A stretch of DNA of 63,000 bases, filler included, from Gonapodya sp. JEL0774 (GCA_027604505.1; 11 parts of 11 records of this genome joined end to end with filler, not necessarily neighbours in it); one strand, 5' to 3'; positions 35,572 through 49,846 are shown, numbered from the whole stretch's first letter. Program-made: numbers and translations. The notes: a model not told the origin generated them from the sequence alone.

Positions 35572-37451
35572 ATGACTCTAATTGCACGTCCGCCCGTATC
35601 AGCGAGCGCCTCCACTGTCATTTCTGAGCTTCTCTCGGGGGTTCCGGTCGTCGATTGTCATCATCACCTCGTAGGTTCGATTGTCCAGCCCAACGTTGAT
35701 CAATCCTCTGCCACAACCCCGCTCTCACAAAGAGTTTCAACCATCTCTCGCTTTGTACAAACACAGTGGGATATCGGCAATACTCCCCGTGTCCAGCGCG
35801 GTCTCGCGTTCCTACCATGGAAGGAGCTTGCCGGTGAACCTATTCACGAGTTCCCACCAGGGCTGACTCCTCCCGAAGGAGCTGAACCACCATCAGAGGA
35901 ACTGGTCAAGTCGTATGCCAAGTGGGTGGTGAACTCGTTTGGCCAGCATAATAACAGTGAGTATTTGCTCATCGTAATCTTGTTGCGCATGAGTTGAGTT
36001 TGACAAACACCTCCCCAAGTGTGTCAGAACTACCTCCGTGAGTAACTTTAGTAGCCTTGCCATGACCCGTCGACCTCAGGTTTTTCACCATGGTAATCGC
36101 ACAGCTTCCGACCTCCTTGGTGACTTCGCGCACGCTGGTGTACAGGTCGAGTCCAGTGTTTTCATCGAGTGTGTATGGGTTAGTCCCGAGGACAAATTTG
36201 GTGATTTAGGAGAGACAAAATGGGTTCAAGAGAGTAAGATCTAGGTGTGCCGCCAAGTGTTCCACTTGTTTATCTGAATTACTCTGCTGCATTTTTTATA
36301 GCCTGTGCCAAGCCGACTTCTAACAAAGTCGCAGGTGCCATCATTGGTCATGTCAACTTGGCAACATTATCATTGGAGGATGCTCGAGAGCTGTTCAAGA
36401 AGCACATTGATGAAGTACCAAATTTCAGAGGAATACGTTTCACTGTGAGGAAGCTATTCATCACCTTCGTCACCGCACCACTCAGCTAACTTGCCGTGCT
36501 ACGTTGCCCCTTGATCCCTGACAGCTCGCCTACGAAACGAATGGACCTATTCGATTCTTCCCACTCTCCCAAAAGCCCAACCTTACTCAAGACCCGCACT
36601 GGCTGGCCAACTTTGCCCTCCTCGAAGAATTCGGTTTAAGTTTCGAGCTCTGGTGCTTTGGAAGTCAAATTGGTGAAGGAGCAGAGCTTGCGAGGAAGTT
36701 CCCAAAGACAATGTTCGGTGAGATTTCTTATGATAAGTGAACATGCTCCCTGGGGTTGAGCGTGCTCCGAAACAAATTTTCAATGCTTTTTCTAGTGCTT
36801 GACCATTATGGAACACCTGTCGACGTTTACACCGATGGTTCTGCTTACGCCCAGTGGCAAGATTCTATTACCGATCTCGCAAGTTGCTCGAATGTGTATG
36901 CCAAACTTTCGGGACTTATGCCACCGGTAAATTGTGTTTTGGAGCTTGGAAGCCCCATATTTGTTCAGTGCATTCATCTTCCCAACCACGTTTCACAACT
37001 ACAGCTAGGTTACGAGTACCACAAGCGAAAGTGGGGCGCCCCGGGTCCCACTGCCAAGGAACTCGCAGATTCCAGGTTTGGTGATCTGACAAAGAAGACA
37101 CTCCAGGTGTTTGGTGTGGATAGGTGCATGTTCGGGTGAGTGTTAGTTGCGGGAATATAAGGGTGTTCTGGGCCCCTGTGAGTCACTGATACTTGACTCC
37201 GATCTTTTATTGCACAACGATAACAACAGATCCAATTTTCCCGTGGGTAAGTTGATAAAGCACCGACACTAGTTTGCCCTCGAAACTCAATAATGACAAT
37301 CCGCTCTTCGTTATTAGACAAGGGCTCTGCAGACTTGGCTGAACTTATCGGGTGTTACTTAATCTGTATGAAGGATCTGGGACTGGCGTCTAGAGAGAAC
37401 ATTGTCAAGGTTTTCCGGGACAACGCAAAGAAGTTTTACAGAATGGGTTGA
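35572..37451 (+). CDS. Amidohydrolase_2 family, COG3618 / L-fuconolactonase-like, multi-exon
   Basis: VVDCHHH, VFIEC, ETKWV, FRGIR, GLSFELW, VLDHYGTP, NVYAKLSG, FGVDRCMFGSNFPVD and NAKKFY; includes a 17-nt micro-exon at ~37230-37246. Confidence 0.85.
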
Positions 37452-37587
37452 CGACTAAGACCAAATGCCTGTATTACAGAATGTATACATTTGAAGACAA
37501 CAAATGTTTTGGTCTGCTTTCGGACTTGTATTCACATTATTATTCCCATGATCGTTGCTTGTTATCCCCACCAATCTCAAAAGTTCA

Positions 37588-40138
37588 TCACAACTCCACC
37601 CACACCTCAACATCGCTCAAACGTGGCAGGCTTTTCAGTCCGGTCCTCCGAATAGGGCTTCTCTGCAAACCTGTGGTTGTCGGAGCAAATGTTCCCTTGA
37701 AAACCAGAGCCACGGCCCGATCGAATTTGTTGCGCTGATCGCCATGCTCCACTTCTTGATCTGCCAGCACACGCTCTGCCTCGCCTTCCGCCCTCTCTCG
37801 CAAGTGCTTCCAAGCGACGTTTCGTATTCCCTCAATGAGAGCGCTGAGCACCCCTTCCGTGTCTCCATTGTCACTCCTAGCATTTGGAGACTGAGCAAGC
37901 TGGATGACTTGGTCTTCTACATCAAGCTCATCAAGGTTGTCAAAACAAACAACCTGACAGCCATTGACAGGATTGGGGAGGTGAGACAGGACAACGCCTG
38001 GATATGCAGTTCGGAGAAGGCCATCGGCGCTGAAATGGAAGCGAAGTGAACAGAGGAGACTGGAACCATGCGGAGGAGATACTGACTCAACAACCCATAC
38101 GCGTCGTCCTGGCCGAAATCTTTCAACCTGATCCTGAAGCCACTTTTCTTTCGCAGCCTTCCGATCTTCCTCACGACGCTTGAAGAGGGCAGTTTCTCAT
38201 TGTGTCAGAAGTGGTTTTGTTCTTTAATTCAGACAGCGATTGTTGAAACTCACAGGATCGTGGGCCGGGCACCACACCTTACCCGTCAGAACTTTCTCCT
38301 TCCAGATCCGTCCGTTCGTTCTATCCTCAAACGTGCTCCACTCCGCGATCTCCTTCATAGCGAGGCCTGCCAGGAGCGCGCAAGTGGGATGATAGGTACG
38401 GGTGCACTTCCCCTTGACACACTGAACGGGGGCCCCATTTGGAGGGTAAACAAACTTTTTGGATGTCGACGTGATGACAGGTGGGGGGTTTTTCTTGCAG
38501 ATGTCACATTTCTGAGAAGTATCAGAGCATGAGAATCATTTTAGCCACGAAAGCTGAACGGCCTATGCTCACAAGTTTCCACCTGTCCTTTGACACTAGT
38601 TCTACTCCCGATACAGCCTCCACCAGTTCCGTCACCTGCCTCTCCATTTTCGTGGTTCGGGGCGGTACGTTTACCGACCGCATTTGAGATGATCTCTCAG
38701 CGGCCGGCCACTCCACGCCGATTGTCGCTGCCTCAAGATGTGATGCCGCTTCAGTGAGGAGGAAAATGGGGTTCCGTAAAATGTCGGACGACACTGTTTG
38801 AGGCGTATTAAGAGGTGGGTGCATCGGGTTACTTGAAGATTGTAGGGTCCCTAACTGAAGTTCATGATTGGCTTGTGAGGATTGCTCCGCACTGAGAAGA
38901 GCACGTCTGGAAAGTGCAGTCAGCTCCTGATCCTCATCGATCTTGGAGGAAGGTGGCTGTTGAAGATCTTCGGGAGAGAATGCATCAACGCCACAAAATC
39001 CAAATTGCCTCTTCGCACGGTGATCTGTCTCATCAAGTTGGATGGACGATGTAGACCCGAGATCGACCTCCCAATTCTGCGCACATGTGTCAGTGCTGTC
39101 AACTATAGGTTCCCCAAGATGCAATTCTCGTAGTTTTACTTCGATTTCCTCAGTAACGGTTTTGATCATTTTGACCTTTGCAACTGCTGTTTCGGGAACA
39201 TGGATTGTGCAGAGGCGGTGAGCGAAGCCCGAGCCATCGGCGAGAGGCAACAGGAGGAGAGATTCGGGTGGAGCAGATGGTGAACTTAAATCGGCCGGAT
39301 GAGGGCATAAAATACACTACAAAATGGCAAAAGAGGATTGAAGATAACGTTGCAAAAATTACACAAAACCGCCATCTTTGGGAATAAACTTTTCAACTCA
39401 CTCTTCGCTCGTCGCCCTTCCATTTTGTTGCGTGCTCCCGTTTCACCTTCCTGGCTGGCGCCATTCCTCTTGTCATTTGAGGTTCCACTGTCCAATTTGT
39501 CTCGTCCAGTGTCCCGTTAACCAATCCCCACACGTCGATCGTCACACTATCAGATAAACACTTGCAGGCTCGAGATTCGAGGCCAATGGAGGCCCAGAAA
39601 GGAGGAGCAAAATTGACGGACTCGGCGAGGTTGAGACCGAGATTGAATCCAGAGTGATAAGCGTGGGGAACTGGTAAAAAGACAATGCTTATGTTCATAA
39701 TGATACTGAAATATTCACAGACCAAAAAAACACACGCACAAGTGATAACGATTTCCCCAGCAGCTTGTGCCAGCGATAAGCACTTGACGCCTGCCCGCGC
39801 CAACACATCAGGATGGAAGACCTTGTCTTTGTGTCGAAGAGACTCTTTACAATGCCGAAAATCCTCGGGGAATACGGAATGTGCGAGTTGCTCGAACTTT
39901 GCGCGGTGAACCGGAGGAATGGTGTACCACTGACGTTCGATTTTGCAGATGCACAAAAAATTACTAGCGCGTATGTCCAAATTACCACGCGACGGCTCAC
40001 CTGCTTTCCCTCCCCAAGATGTACAAAATTAATGGAACATAGATCCACATCTTCCAAGTGCCACGCGAATGTCGCTCTCCACGAACCAGCATACAGGTAA
40101 GGGGCGTTCACGCCAGGCATTCTTCTTTTCACTCGCAG
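37588..40138 (-). CDS. JmjC histone demethylase, KDM4/Rph1-like, 5' truncated
   Basis: [53 protein letters not shown] and CKC; Fe ligands HxE...H intact; AHRLC PHD-like segment downstream. The join to the distal exons is inferred. Confidence 0.88.
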
Positions 40139-40238
40139 NNNNNNNNNNNNNNNNNNNNNNNNNNNNNNNNNNNNNNNNNNNNTTAATTAATTAANNNNNN
40201 NNNNNNNNNNNNNNNNNNNNNNNNNNNNNNNNNNNNNN

Positions 40239-43200
40239 ATTCCAATCAGTTCCAAAGGGGTGGGTGCTGAATTGTGGAGTTCCATTTTCCAGAGCATTAA
40301 ACGCTGGGAATAGAATTCGTTCCATTGGTAGCGAGCTTTCATTGGTAGAGGGGATGACGTGCCGTACTGCAGGCATTTGTTCGGCAGCAGGTTCTGCTAC
40401 TTGGGAAGGTCGATCAGATGAACGTCTTCCGCTTCTCCCACGCCCACGACTTGATGACTGACTTAGCGTCGTGGAGTGTGTGGTGGCGGATGATCGGGAC
40501 TCAGTTTCCTGATTGGCCTCACTGTTGCCCCCAATATTCGGAGTGACTGGTTTCAGTTGCCATGCAATCTGTACGCAAAAACATAAACGAAAAGTCATTT
40601 TAACTGAAAAATGAAGCGCTTCTCCAACTGCACCTCGCACCTGGTCTTTGCAACTGTATGGCTGTGCTTTTTTCACACGTGCGCCCCTTTCCCCTTTCTC
40701 GCCTGCACCCCTATGAACAAATGCCAGTGCAACTGCTTTGGTTGTGTGCCGCTGGGTGGTGTATGATATGGTCTCGATTGTCTCCTTGAACACGTGGGCA
40801 CCTCGATGTGCACTTGCTGCAGCTTCATGGGAACAAAATCCACCATTTCTTATCCACTCAGCACATGCCTTTCCTCCACACAGGCACTTGATCAATGGCT
40901 CCTTCCCACGTGGACCACGCTGACGGGTGCCGTTCGCAATGTCCTCTGGGATGCCATAAACAATGCAAAATGATTCGTTTATTGCCTTGTTGCCAGCAAG
41001 TCCCGTGGCACGGTTGAGTATCGCATTTGGAACCACATAAAGATAAAGTGACTTTGGTGTTGCTCTGAATGCCGCGACATGCCCTTGAAGATACCGGGCT
41101 TTTGTGAGGGCCTCACTGACGGCATCAGTCATGACCTCCCTCATATTTTCCTAGTACAGCGTAGCAAAGGGAATGAGTTGACTGCCAGTTTGGCGTTTCA
41201 GACAGTGTCACTCACCTTGTAGAGTTTTGCAGTCAGCTCTGCTACTGAGAACGGCAACACAGGTCCTTCCTCCATACTTCTTTCTGCGAAAGCAAATGCT
41301 GCGGTGATGTCCTCTCTTTCAACATGCTGATGCGAGTTTCCACCACGGAGAGTATCCAAAAATGGACCGTATGCATCACTGACAGCGTATTCCCCCGCTT
41401 CATTATCATATGCCTTCTTGATTTCAAATAAGGTAGTGCGGAAGAGTTCTTTCATGGCTGTACAAGCAGCGCTAATCTTTCGTTGGGATGGGTCCTTTGC
41501 AATGGCATTTAAGAGGACCTTGTTCATTGATTCCGCTCCATTTGTATAGACCGCTTCCCCTTTCGGAAACCCAGCTTCAGACCTTCGACAAGACGCAAAT
41601 CGATCCATCTTAGGACCGATTGTCTTCTTAAAGTATTTGAAGAACCTAGTTAGGGAGAACCATCATTGTCCATGCTGATCAGTACCATCCTTCGGTGATG
41701 TGCACCAGAAGATATGACACTCCCCTTTCTTCTTTCACGGTATCAGGTATAATTACCTTGAACCTCCATCGTATGGACTCCAAGAAATCAGGGGCTTGCA
41801 ATTCTGACTCATCCAAGTCCGCAATCCCCCCCTGATAGAGGGGTCCAGTTGCACACTGACCGTATACTTCACCGAAGATGGTCTTCTGTAATGCTGTTAC
41901 TTCTGCATTGGTGTATCCAGCTTTTCGACACCAAGATTCAAGATTCTCAATGGAATGACGCCAGCAAAGAAGCGGCTTCACCATTGGGAAAATAGACAGT
42001 GGGAGGGAATTGAACTCAGGGGCATCATCCGTTATGAGATATGCCATGTAGCGTAATCGCGGACACAATTCGACAAGATTTGATAAAAGTCGCTTGTATG
42101 TTGGAGTATCGCGAGTGTAGTGGAGGAAAATTGCGACGATCATCCACGGAGAACGACCAGTTTGCGATGGACGGGCCATGGAGTCATCACGAACTGACAA
42201 AACAGTTCCATTCCAATGTAAATACTGGTGAGTTGCATGTGCATCAACTCGCTCTTCAATCAGTTTGAACGTAGTATCAAGGGCGTGGGGAGCCAATGGA
42301 ATATCTGAGAGTTCCTCAGGCCGGTTGTGAGATCCTACGTCTGCCGCATGCTCAAACAGACCAGATCGACCAAGCAAGGCAGACAGAGAGGCAAGCTCCA
42401 AGTTATGGAGATACTGAGCGCCTGGGTTTTCCTTGCCTATGTTGGTTTGGAGCATCGCAAGTTGTACAAACTCCTGTATCTCGTCATGAGATGGGCCATT
42501 TCCTTGTAGCTACCAATTATTGGAATTGAAGATATCAGGTTTGGAACCAGAGCATTGGCATTATTTCTTTTGATTTCATTTTTAATTCATTCTGGAAGCA
42601 ATCTCACCAGCAAGTGTGAATTGTTCTTGATAGTCCATTTGAGATTTCGGGTTTGTTTCATGTCACGGAGGGTATCTGGCAAGGAGAAATGTGGACTGGA
42701 AGTGTGAACAGCAGCATTGACTTTTCTAGTAACCTGCTCCCAATTCCACAAAAAGAGTTTTCAGATTAAAACAAGATCACTCCGGTCACAAGAATCTCAC
42801 CTGAGAGGGAGTGTACCCTTGGTTTAGCAGCTCTGTTGCCTTTGCTATAGTGGCAGGATTGGTTTTTCGGTGCGGAACAGTGCTACCGGGACGACCAGGG
42901 ATCCGGTTCCCATGAGGTTTCTTTGGAATAATGTTGGAAAGCCACTCTCCGTGATAGCGGCCCTTTATCTGATATTCAATGAGCCAGGCTTTGTCCGCTG
43001 GGATCTCATCACCCTAATAAAGCTGAAGTCAACGTGGGAAATACACATTACGATCACACATAACCACACTTACCTGGGAGAGACGGCATAGACGCTTTCG
43101 CACAACCTGCTCACCATCCACCAATAGAGTTCTGTAGTCTGTTTGGATGGTTACACGGGTTGTAGTCAACCTCCTGTTGTTGGTAGTTGTAGTGAGTGAA

Positions 43201-44726
43201 ACTGATGCGGAGCTGGCATTGGCTGTATGAGTGGTCCATGATCCTTGGTCAAAATTGGCCAGATCCTTTCTTGTTAGTCGCTGGAGGTGCTTTCTGCTAG
43301 GGAAGTCCCGTGCTTCTTTTGACATCGCACGAACTACTTTGGTGAGAGTGATCCACGAGCTCTGGTGGTATAGAAAGCGGCAGTTTCATCAGTATCATTA
43401 GGAAAAGAGCAGTCAAAGGACAAAAATGCTCACTGGGTCAATATGACCCCCAACAGTACGGAAGTCCGTGAGCTGTTCTGCTATGGCGATATCCTTGGAC
43501 AAACCCAGACCATCAAAACTTGCCACACCAGACTTAATGTTGAAAAGAATGCGGGCGATTTGCTGATTTGAAAATCGATCTTTCATTTGGTGACTAACAT
43601 GCGACCGGAACAGGGGATTGCTGGACAAAGGTTTTGTTTCAACTGAAAAGTCCAATGGAGGATCTTCTCCTGGAACAGCAAACAAAGCGCTTGCAGTTTT
43701 GGTAATATTAGAACTTGTGTTTTGGTCCTTGTTGGAGTCATCGTCGCTAGAACCCAATGAACTGCTATCTGAGATAGGTCCAGGAATCCGGTAACTTCTT
43801 GAGCCTGCATTGGAGTACAAGTGAGCTGAGCTAGGTAGCTTTGCCGGCTTGTGAATAGACACAGCTTGAGCGAAGCTTCTTCTTGATGGATAGGGGGGGG
43901 CATGTGCCGGTGTTCCTGGTTGAATATGGGCACGGGGTGGGTTCAGCTGGCCTGCCGCGATTCTTTGTGCTTTCTTTGGGGGGCTGTAAGAGGTACTGGG
44001 TAAGAGTGATGCAGCTTTCATTGGCGATAAACCCTGTTAGATTAGAAAATGTTACTTTCAATGGTACAGACCAGCTAACAAGATTGACGTGAGTACGGCA
44101 AACACACCTGCTTCTTTTCTGGAGTAACAACTTGAGAGATGTCCCGCTTTTTTGCACCAGTTAAGAGTTGCTTTGATGTGCTCTTAGAACGGTCAAAGAA
44201 GTTGTCCTCGTCTTCACTGTCTTCGACCTCAAATGTCTTGCCTGCCAAGGGAGCAAAGGAACCCCTCTGCTTTAGAAATTCCAGTGGATCAATCACTTCT
44301 GGAGAAAGGCTCCGTGGTGGCTGGTTGTGAACAGTTATGAAATCATCATGATCTGAATCCATAACCCCAGTCCGTTCTCACCTTGAAGCCCCGACCTTGT
44401 TGAACAGTCGTCCAAACACCCTCAGTGACATCATCATTGTCGTCATCCTCTAACAGTCTCATTTTTGGAATGGGAAGCCTTGGACGCCGTGGAGGGCTTG
44501 GAGTTCTGTTGCGATCCTCCTCCATTTCGACTGAACTCCCATCCTTGACCTCGATCCAGTCGTCATCCAAGAACCCTCTTGTCGAACTTCCCTTCCGCAA
44601 TTCCATATATCTGTCGTGATACTCGTCCTTGATGTTGGCTCTGAGAAACTCAGAATCCGGAGCAGTGTCTGAGCGAGGGGAAGACGACCCAGAAGAGATT
44701 GAAATGGCGTAAAAGCTGTCTCCCAT
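40239..44726 (-). mobile_element. Mutator-like (MULE) transposase gene with SWIM zinc finger, multi-intron, 3' truncated
   Basis: HWNGT (first Asp position), LITDDAPE, FP...LLCWRH (CxxH), TNGAESMNKVL (Glu) and SWIM-like CLC...FCSHEAA. Confidence 0.75.
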
Positions 44727-47209
44727 TCCGATAGCGCTAGCGATTGGAAAATTGAAGACGAAGTGATGAGTCGGAACAAAATGAGGGATGCAAAGATGAT
44801 TTGGTGGTGTGTGTGGTGCTAGTAGGTGCAACTGAAACAGAAAGGCAAAATCTTCCGCCTTGCATGCACCATTCACTACCACATCAAATATGTAAAAGCT
44901 CCAAGACGTGTCCCGGCGATCTATTGGACATAGCTTGTCTAAAAAGTAAATGGACATAACCTCATGAGGTGACCACCCTGACCCTCTTTTGACGTTTTGG
45001 TGTTTTGGGGCGTTTTGATTTTTAGATGCTACGTCCCAAAATGCCACGTTTGCGGTAATTTGAACTAAATTCTGCCGGAAATGTCATTTTAGCACCATTT
45101 GTGTGGTAGAATTTGGTTTTCCATCGCCAGGAAGTATTTTTATTATTCGTGGTAAACATATATGTCGTACACAACAGCTCAACGACTATAGGAAGAAAAC
45201 CACTCTGGCGCTAGAATACTCTGTTATGTGAACAAATGATTGCAAAACGGCTATTCCTTGCCTGACTTACCTGTGTGCCACGTTCTGCCACCATGCCTTG
45301 ACCGCAGACCCTGAACAAACCCGACGCAATTGAGCGATGCTACATTGCTTAAGTAGAGAGACAATTAAAGAATTGATCAATCCGAAGCAAACTTGATTGA
45401 CATCATCTCTCACCATGTAAGCTGCTGGTGGTGTACTGGAACTTTCGCGATCACAATGTCGGAATTGACAGTTCCCTGAGGGAGGGACAAAAAATGAAGA
45501 TCTGGGTTATATCAACTCCGTCAAAGTTTCATAAGTTGCTGTGCTTACCGTCGGTTCACGTCACAGGTCGTCTAATCTGGTCTACAGAGCGGCATCACAG
45601 ATTGAACGCAATGTGGTGTGACATATGGCGGCAACGTGGTGTGAGAGGAGTTACAAAACATACTGAACGTCAGGTATATGAGAGTCAAATCACTATTGGT
45701 CACTCACCAATCTTTACCGACGCGATGCCAGACGCACTCAGTAGAAAGTCTTTGGGTAAAGGACGGTGATTAGAGCAGTACACACCCTTGAAAGAAGAGA
45801 GAAGCACCTCATCATGAGAGGCCGCTTACCTAACCCATGTGACATTCGTTCCTCATGNNNNNNNNNNNNNNNNNNNNNNNNNNNNNNNNNNNNNNNNNNN
45901 NTTAATTAATTAANNNNNNNNNNNNNNNNNNNNNNNNNNNNNNNNNNNNNNNNNNNNTAGGGAAAAATATGGGGAAATCATGGCGGAAAATTCTGTGTAG
46001 TATATGTATTTTGTATGTCATGTTTTTGGTGCATGCATTCTGTGTATGCTGGGGCCAGCTGGGCTGAGGCCTGCCGATTAGAAGACTGGTGTCATACGAC
46101 CATTCGCTCCCACTCCCGGCCCCCCACGCCGTTTTTGTGGTCAGAGTCTCGGGTTTGTGCTAAGCCGAGATAGTTCTCAGTGGTGTATGCGACGTCTTGC
46201 GGCAAGCAAATGAATTCTGTCGTCGTGAGCTTTGGTGACGGATGTCTTGCAAAACCAAACCATGAGCTCTGCCTCTTATCTACCTTTTATTTGTAATGAC
46301 ATGTAAGGCTCGCCCACCAGTCCCCCGTACGGTGATGGGTCCTGTTGCTGATCAGGACACTTCTGTCCTCGGGATGTGCCGGTGGTGGGGAGGTAAAGGA
46401 GGCCGGGGAAGTGGCGATTTGGAGCTCGTGGGAGAATGGCATGTGGGACGTGAGTGACACTGGTGGTGACAGGATGAGAGGGTGGTTGGACTGTGGGTCG
46501 GGCAACATTGGTATGGGTGGAGTTGGCCGCATACCGCAAACCCCCACCAATGTTAAAACGTGGCCCGCGAATTGTTGCGGGGACACTCAGCTTAACCGGC
46601 ACGACAGGGACAGGGACAGGGAACGGAGTCTCCACCAGCTCGGCGGAAGTGCACTGCCGGTGGTGCTTCGCGGTCGTCCTGTGTGAGGAGGTCCAAAGAG
46701 GCAGCGTGCGCGACAAAGTCCACCGGGGTTGCTTTTTCGCAGCAATACACGCACGCTGAACGTTTGTGGGCCTAGGTGGGGCATATCACCGGGTTACATT
46801 TAACGTTCCACTGTCACTTACTTTTGCTAACTCACTGGCCACTTCCTTTGCCAGCAGCGGACCAGGCTCATGTGTACCGCACGGCGGTGCTCAAGTCGCT
46901 GGCGGGAAACGTTGGTATGAACCTTTTCAATAGACGGAAGATCTGTCCGGCGTCCGCTGCGGGCACAGGAATGGTGTTGGAAAACGAAAGAGCTGCGAAA
47001 TTGGTGTGTAAGTTTAATGTTTCTCAGACGGAATGTATGATATTGATTGGGTATGTAATGTTTCGGTATTTGTCATAATTTTCTCCCGAATGGCCGCCAT
47101 ATGGTTGAGGGTGCGGATGGAACGTTCAGACTGCGAGGGAACAACTTTGGAACAACTTTGTCAAGATTGCTCATCAGATACCGTGATTATTGTACATGAA
47201 CATATATAT

Positions 47210-49846
47210 TCAGACTCTATGCTCCAATTGCCTATCCAGTGCTGCTACTAGCGCTCCAGTAAAGTCAACTTCATTTGGGGGCACCCACTCTATCAACACA
47301 CCTTCGGAAATCCAACGTAAAAACCGCCTCCCCGCTTGCGTTCCAAATACATTAATCATTCTGTTAATTGCGAGGGATACTATTTCAATGTTGCAAGGAT
47401 GGTGCAAGTGCACCGCTGTTGGCGCAGTCCAATGGCCACTGGTGTTACGCAGCCGATTAAGACTGGAAAGTTGTGTTACTATCAGATACCCGCACATGTG
47501 ATTGAGCGCCAAATAGACGTACCTTGCCGTGTGGAACTGATCCACCACGCTTTGGAACGATACCTTCACGCCGGACACAACACACCTCCCTCCCACGGTC
47601 TTGTACAAGGAGACCACCTCCTGCGCACTCACGGTGCGTTCTCCGATCACTTTCAGACCTCGAGCTTTGGCCTTGTTTCGGATGTCGCTGTCCTGGTTTA
47701 CCACACCTGCGTGGTGCTTGCGAATGGCTGCGACTTCCTTCTCTGGCACATCTTCCAGTGCCAAGACTCCGGACAGCGGTGCTTCTGCAGTCCACCCTTC
47801 TTTATACTGCCATCTCACCTCGTCCAGAAATTGAGTTACTTTATCCATGCCATCCGACGATTTTAGGCTGGAAGAAAATACACCGAATAAATGTTTGTTA
47901 CCATATTGCAGAGAAATAAGCGATTTCATCTTCACTTACAGATTGCACCCGATGTGCAAGAACCGCAGCGTTCCTCGAGAGTCTCCATATCCGTATCCAG
48001 AGTCTTTGTCAAGCGAGATCTGGTCAGGGCCTGCATCTCCTCCAATGATCATTGTTCGCATACAAATGGTGCAAAGCAACTTCTTGAGTTCGGTAAGAGC
48101 TGCCACTGAAACTGGGACAGAGAGCCCAGTGTCTTGCTCAAGCTTGACCCAGAAGTCAGCTTTGTTTTGCTCCAGAACAATTCCCTTTGCTTTTACTAAG
48201 GAAACAATTGGAGTAAGACTTGACGTTTTAACTATCAAACTGCTTTATGCAAGTAACTTACTCCGCATGTCCCTCTGAAACGCCTCCATCAAAACAATCC
48301 TCAAGAACTGCCCGGGATCAGAGCAGTAGGCAATCCGCTTCTAACAAGTTTTATTTGCAAGATTTCAGCAGAGATTTTTAAACATTCCAGCTGAAAGCTC
48401 AAAGCACACACCTGGATAGAGTTCCTTGTGGAGCAGGCAGAACATGCCCCATACAAAGTCCCATCTGAGTGGACATCAAAGTCATCAGACTTGACAGAAT
48501 GCCGCTGTGATTCACACCACTAAGAGTTTGGGTGCAGGTCAAAACATATTGAATGCATGTTGCAGCAACCATGAGACCCACAGAGTGCTCTACACCATCT
48601 TCAACTTCCTGCTGCTTGTGGTTGCTTGGTTCAAATATTCCAGGGTAGTCACCTTCACTGGCGTACCTTGAATAAATACTTAGGGGTTGAAAGGTGTACA
48701 TGCATGCCACCTATGGTGTCAAACATACCCCAACCTGCTGTAGCTCATTCCAACAATACCGATTCAGATTCTGATACACAGTTTGCTCAAAAATCTGCTT
48801 CCATGCATTCCCTGTGCGGGATTCTGTTCCCTTATGTGAGCTTCCATTTAATCATCTCGTACTAATTGAAATTTCAGGAATAAAGAACTCACCTTCGGCA
48901 ATGTGGCCATAAATTTTGTGTAATCAGATTTGACGGGGCATCTATCATGCGATTCAAGCCCCGCGAGGAAAAGAAGAAACGCTTTCTTCTCCGATGGAGA
49001 GAGTGTAGAGCTATTGAAAACCGTATGGTAAGCGCTGAACATAATGCATCCTCTGCAAGCAAATGACTATGTTGTCAGCACCTACTTGGATGATTTTGAC
49101 GCAACAATATGGGGAGTGTCCTCACTGCACTCCCCATCAGCCAATGACGCCCAGTCAATTGGGGGTAGGCCGCTTGCGGCACGGGCGCTGTCCTTCAGGT
49201 TGTTGTTGAAGAAGTTGGCGAGCTTAGCCTGGCACGTTTCTAAGGTGGCAAGTGACAGAAGATGTGGGATCTGTGACGTTTTGAATTAACACCAAGAGGG
49301 GAGAGGCGGTGAGTACGGGAGTTGCAGATTATTTCGAATTCACTGACAATGACAGTGCAAACTTCATGAGTTAAACTTACCTTGTCAGGGAACTGGTACA
49401 ATCCAATGTGCTCTTTCCAGGTGGAGTTGGTCCCTCTTGTGACCCCAATCCCAGAGAACTTGGGGTAGATGGAAGTGAGGATTAACTTCATTTCCTGTTC
49501 AACATCCTGGAATCGCAGAGGCTTCTCCCCACTGGCATTATGCCTGCAGGTGGGGATTGGTCAGCTTCGCAAAATGATTTCTCAGTTCGCCCATAACCCA
49601 CGCTCTCCTCCTTTTGAAAGCCGGCGCTGTCTTATCCTCTACCACACTGGAGTCATTGCTGCTTACTGTACTTGTGTGCCCATCCGAAAACGGTCTGTAC
49701 CAAAGAACCACCGCATGTTCAGGATTCAGGAATGGTCCGTTCCAGACCTGATGTGAGGAATCCACCCACCTCTTGATGCGCTCAATATTTATTGCGTCAG
49801 GAAGCACTTGCTTTTGGTTTCTCTCGGTATCCCTGGTGTCCGACAT
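47210..49846 (-). CDS. Multi-exon protein with a Zn-ribbon-like segment and two tandem His-Me/Endo VII-like domains
   Basis: CTIC...QISLDKDSGYGY...LHIGCNLLK (joined over an intron at 47938) and GGRCVVSG...SLNRLRNTSGH...NIEIVSLAINRM; upstream DFDVHSDGTLYGACSAC. The 5' exon joins are partly unresolved. Confidence 0.5.

Noticed and set aside
23041..40138. Metabolic gene cluster around the hydrogenase (ARG2, GST, amidase, amidohydrolase)
   Set aside because: The genes lie on different contigs. Only the convergent amidase shares the hydrogenase contig, and no functional link is evident.
46276..46784. Pro-rich ORFs and the GGGACA x3 microrepeat
   Set aside because: Low-complexity sequence with no supported gene model.
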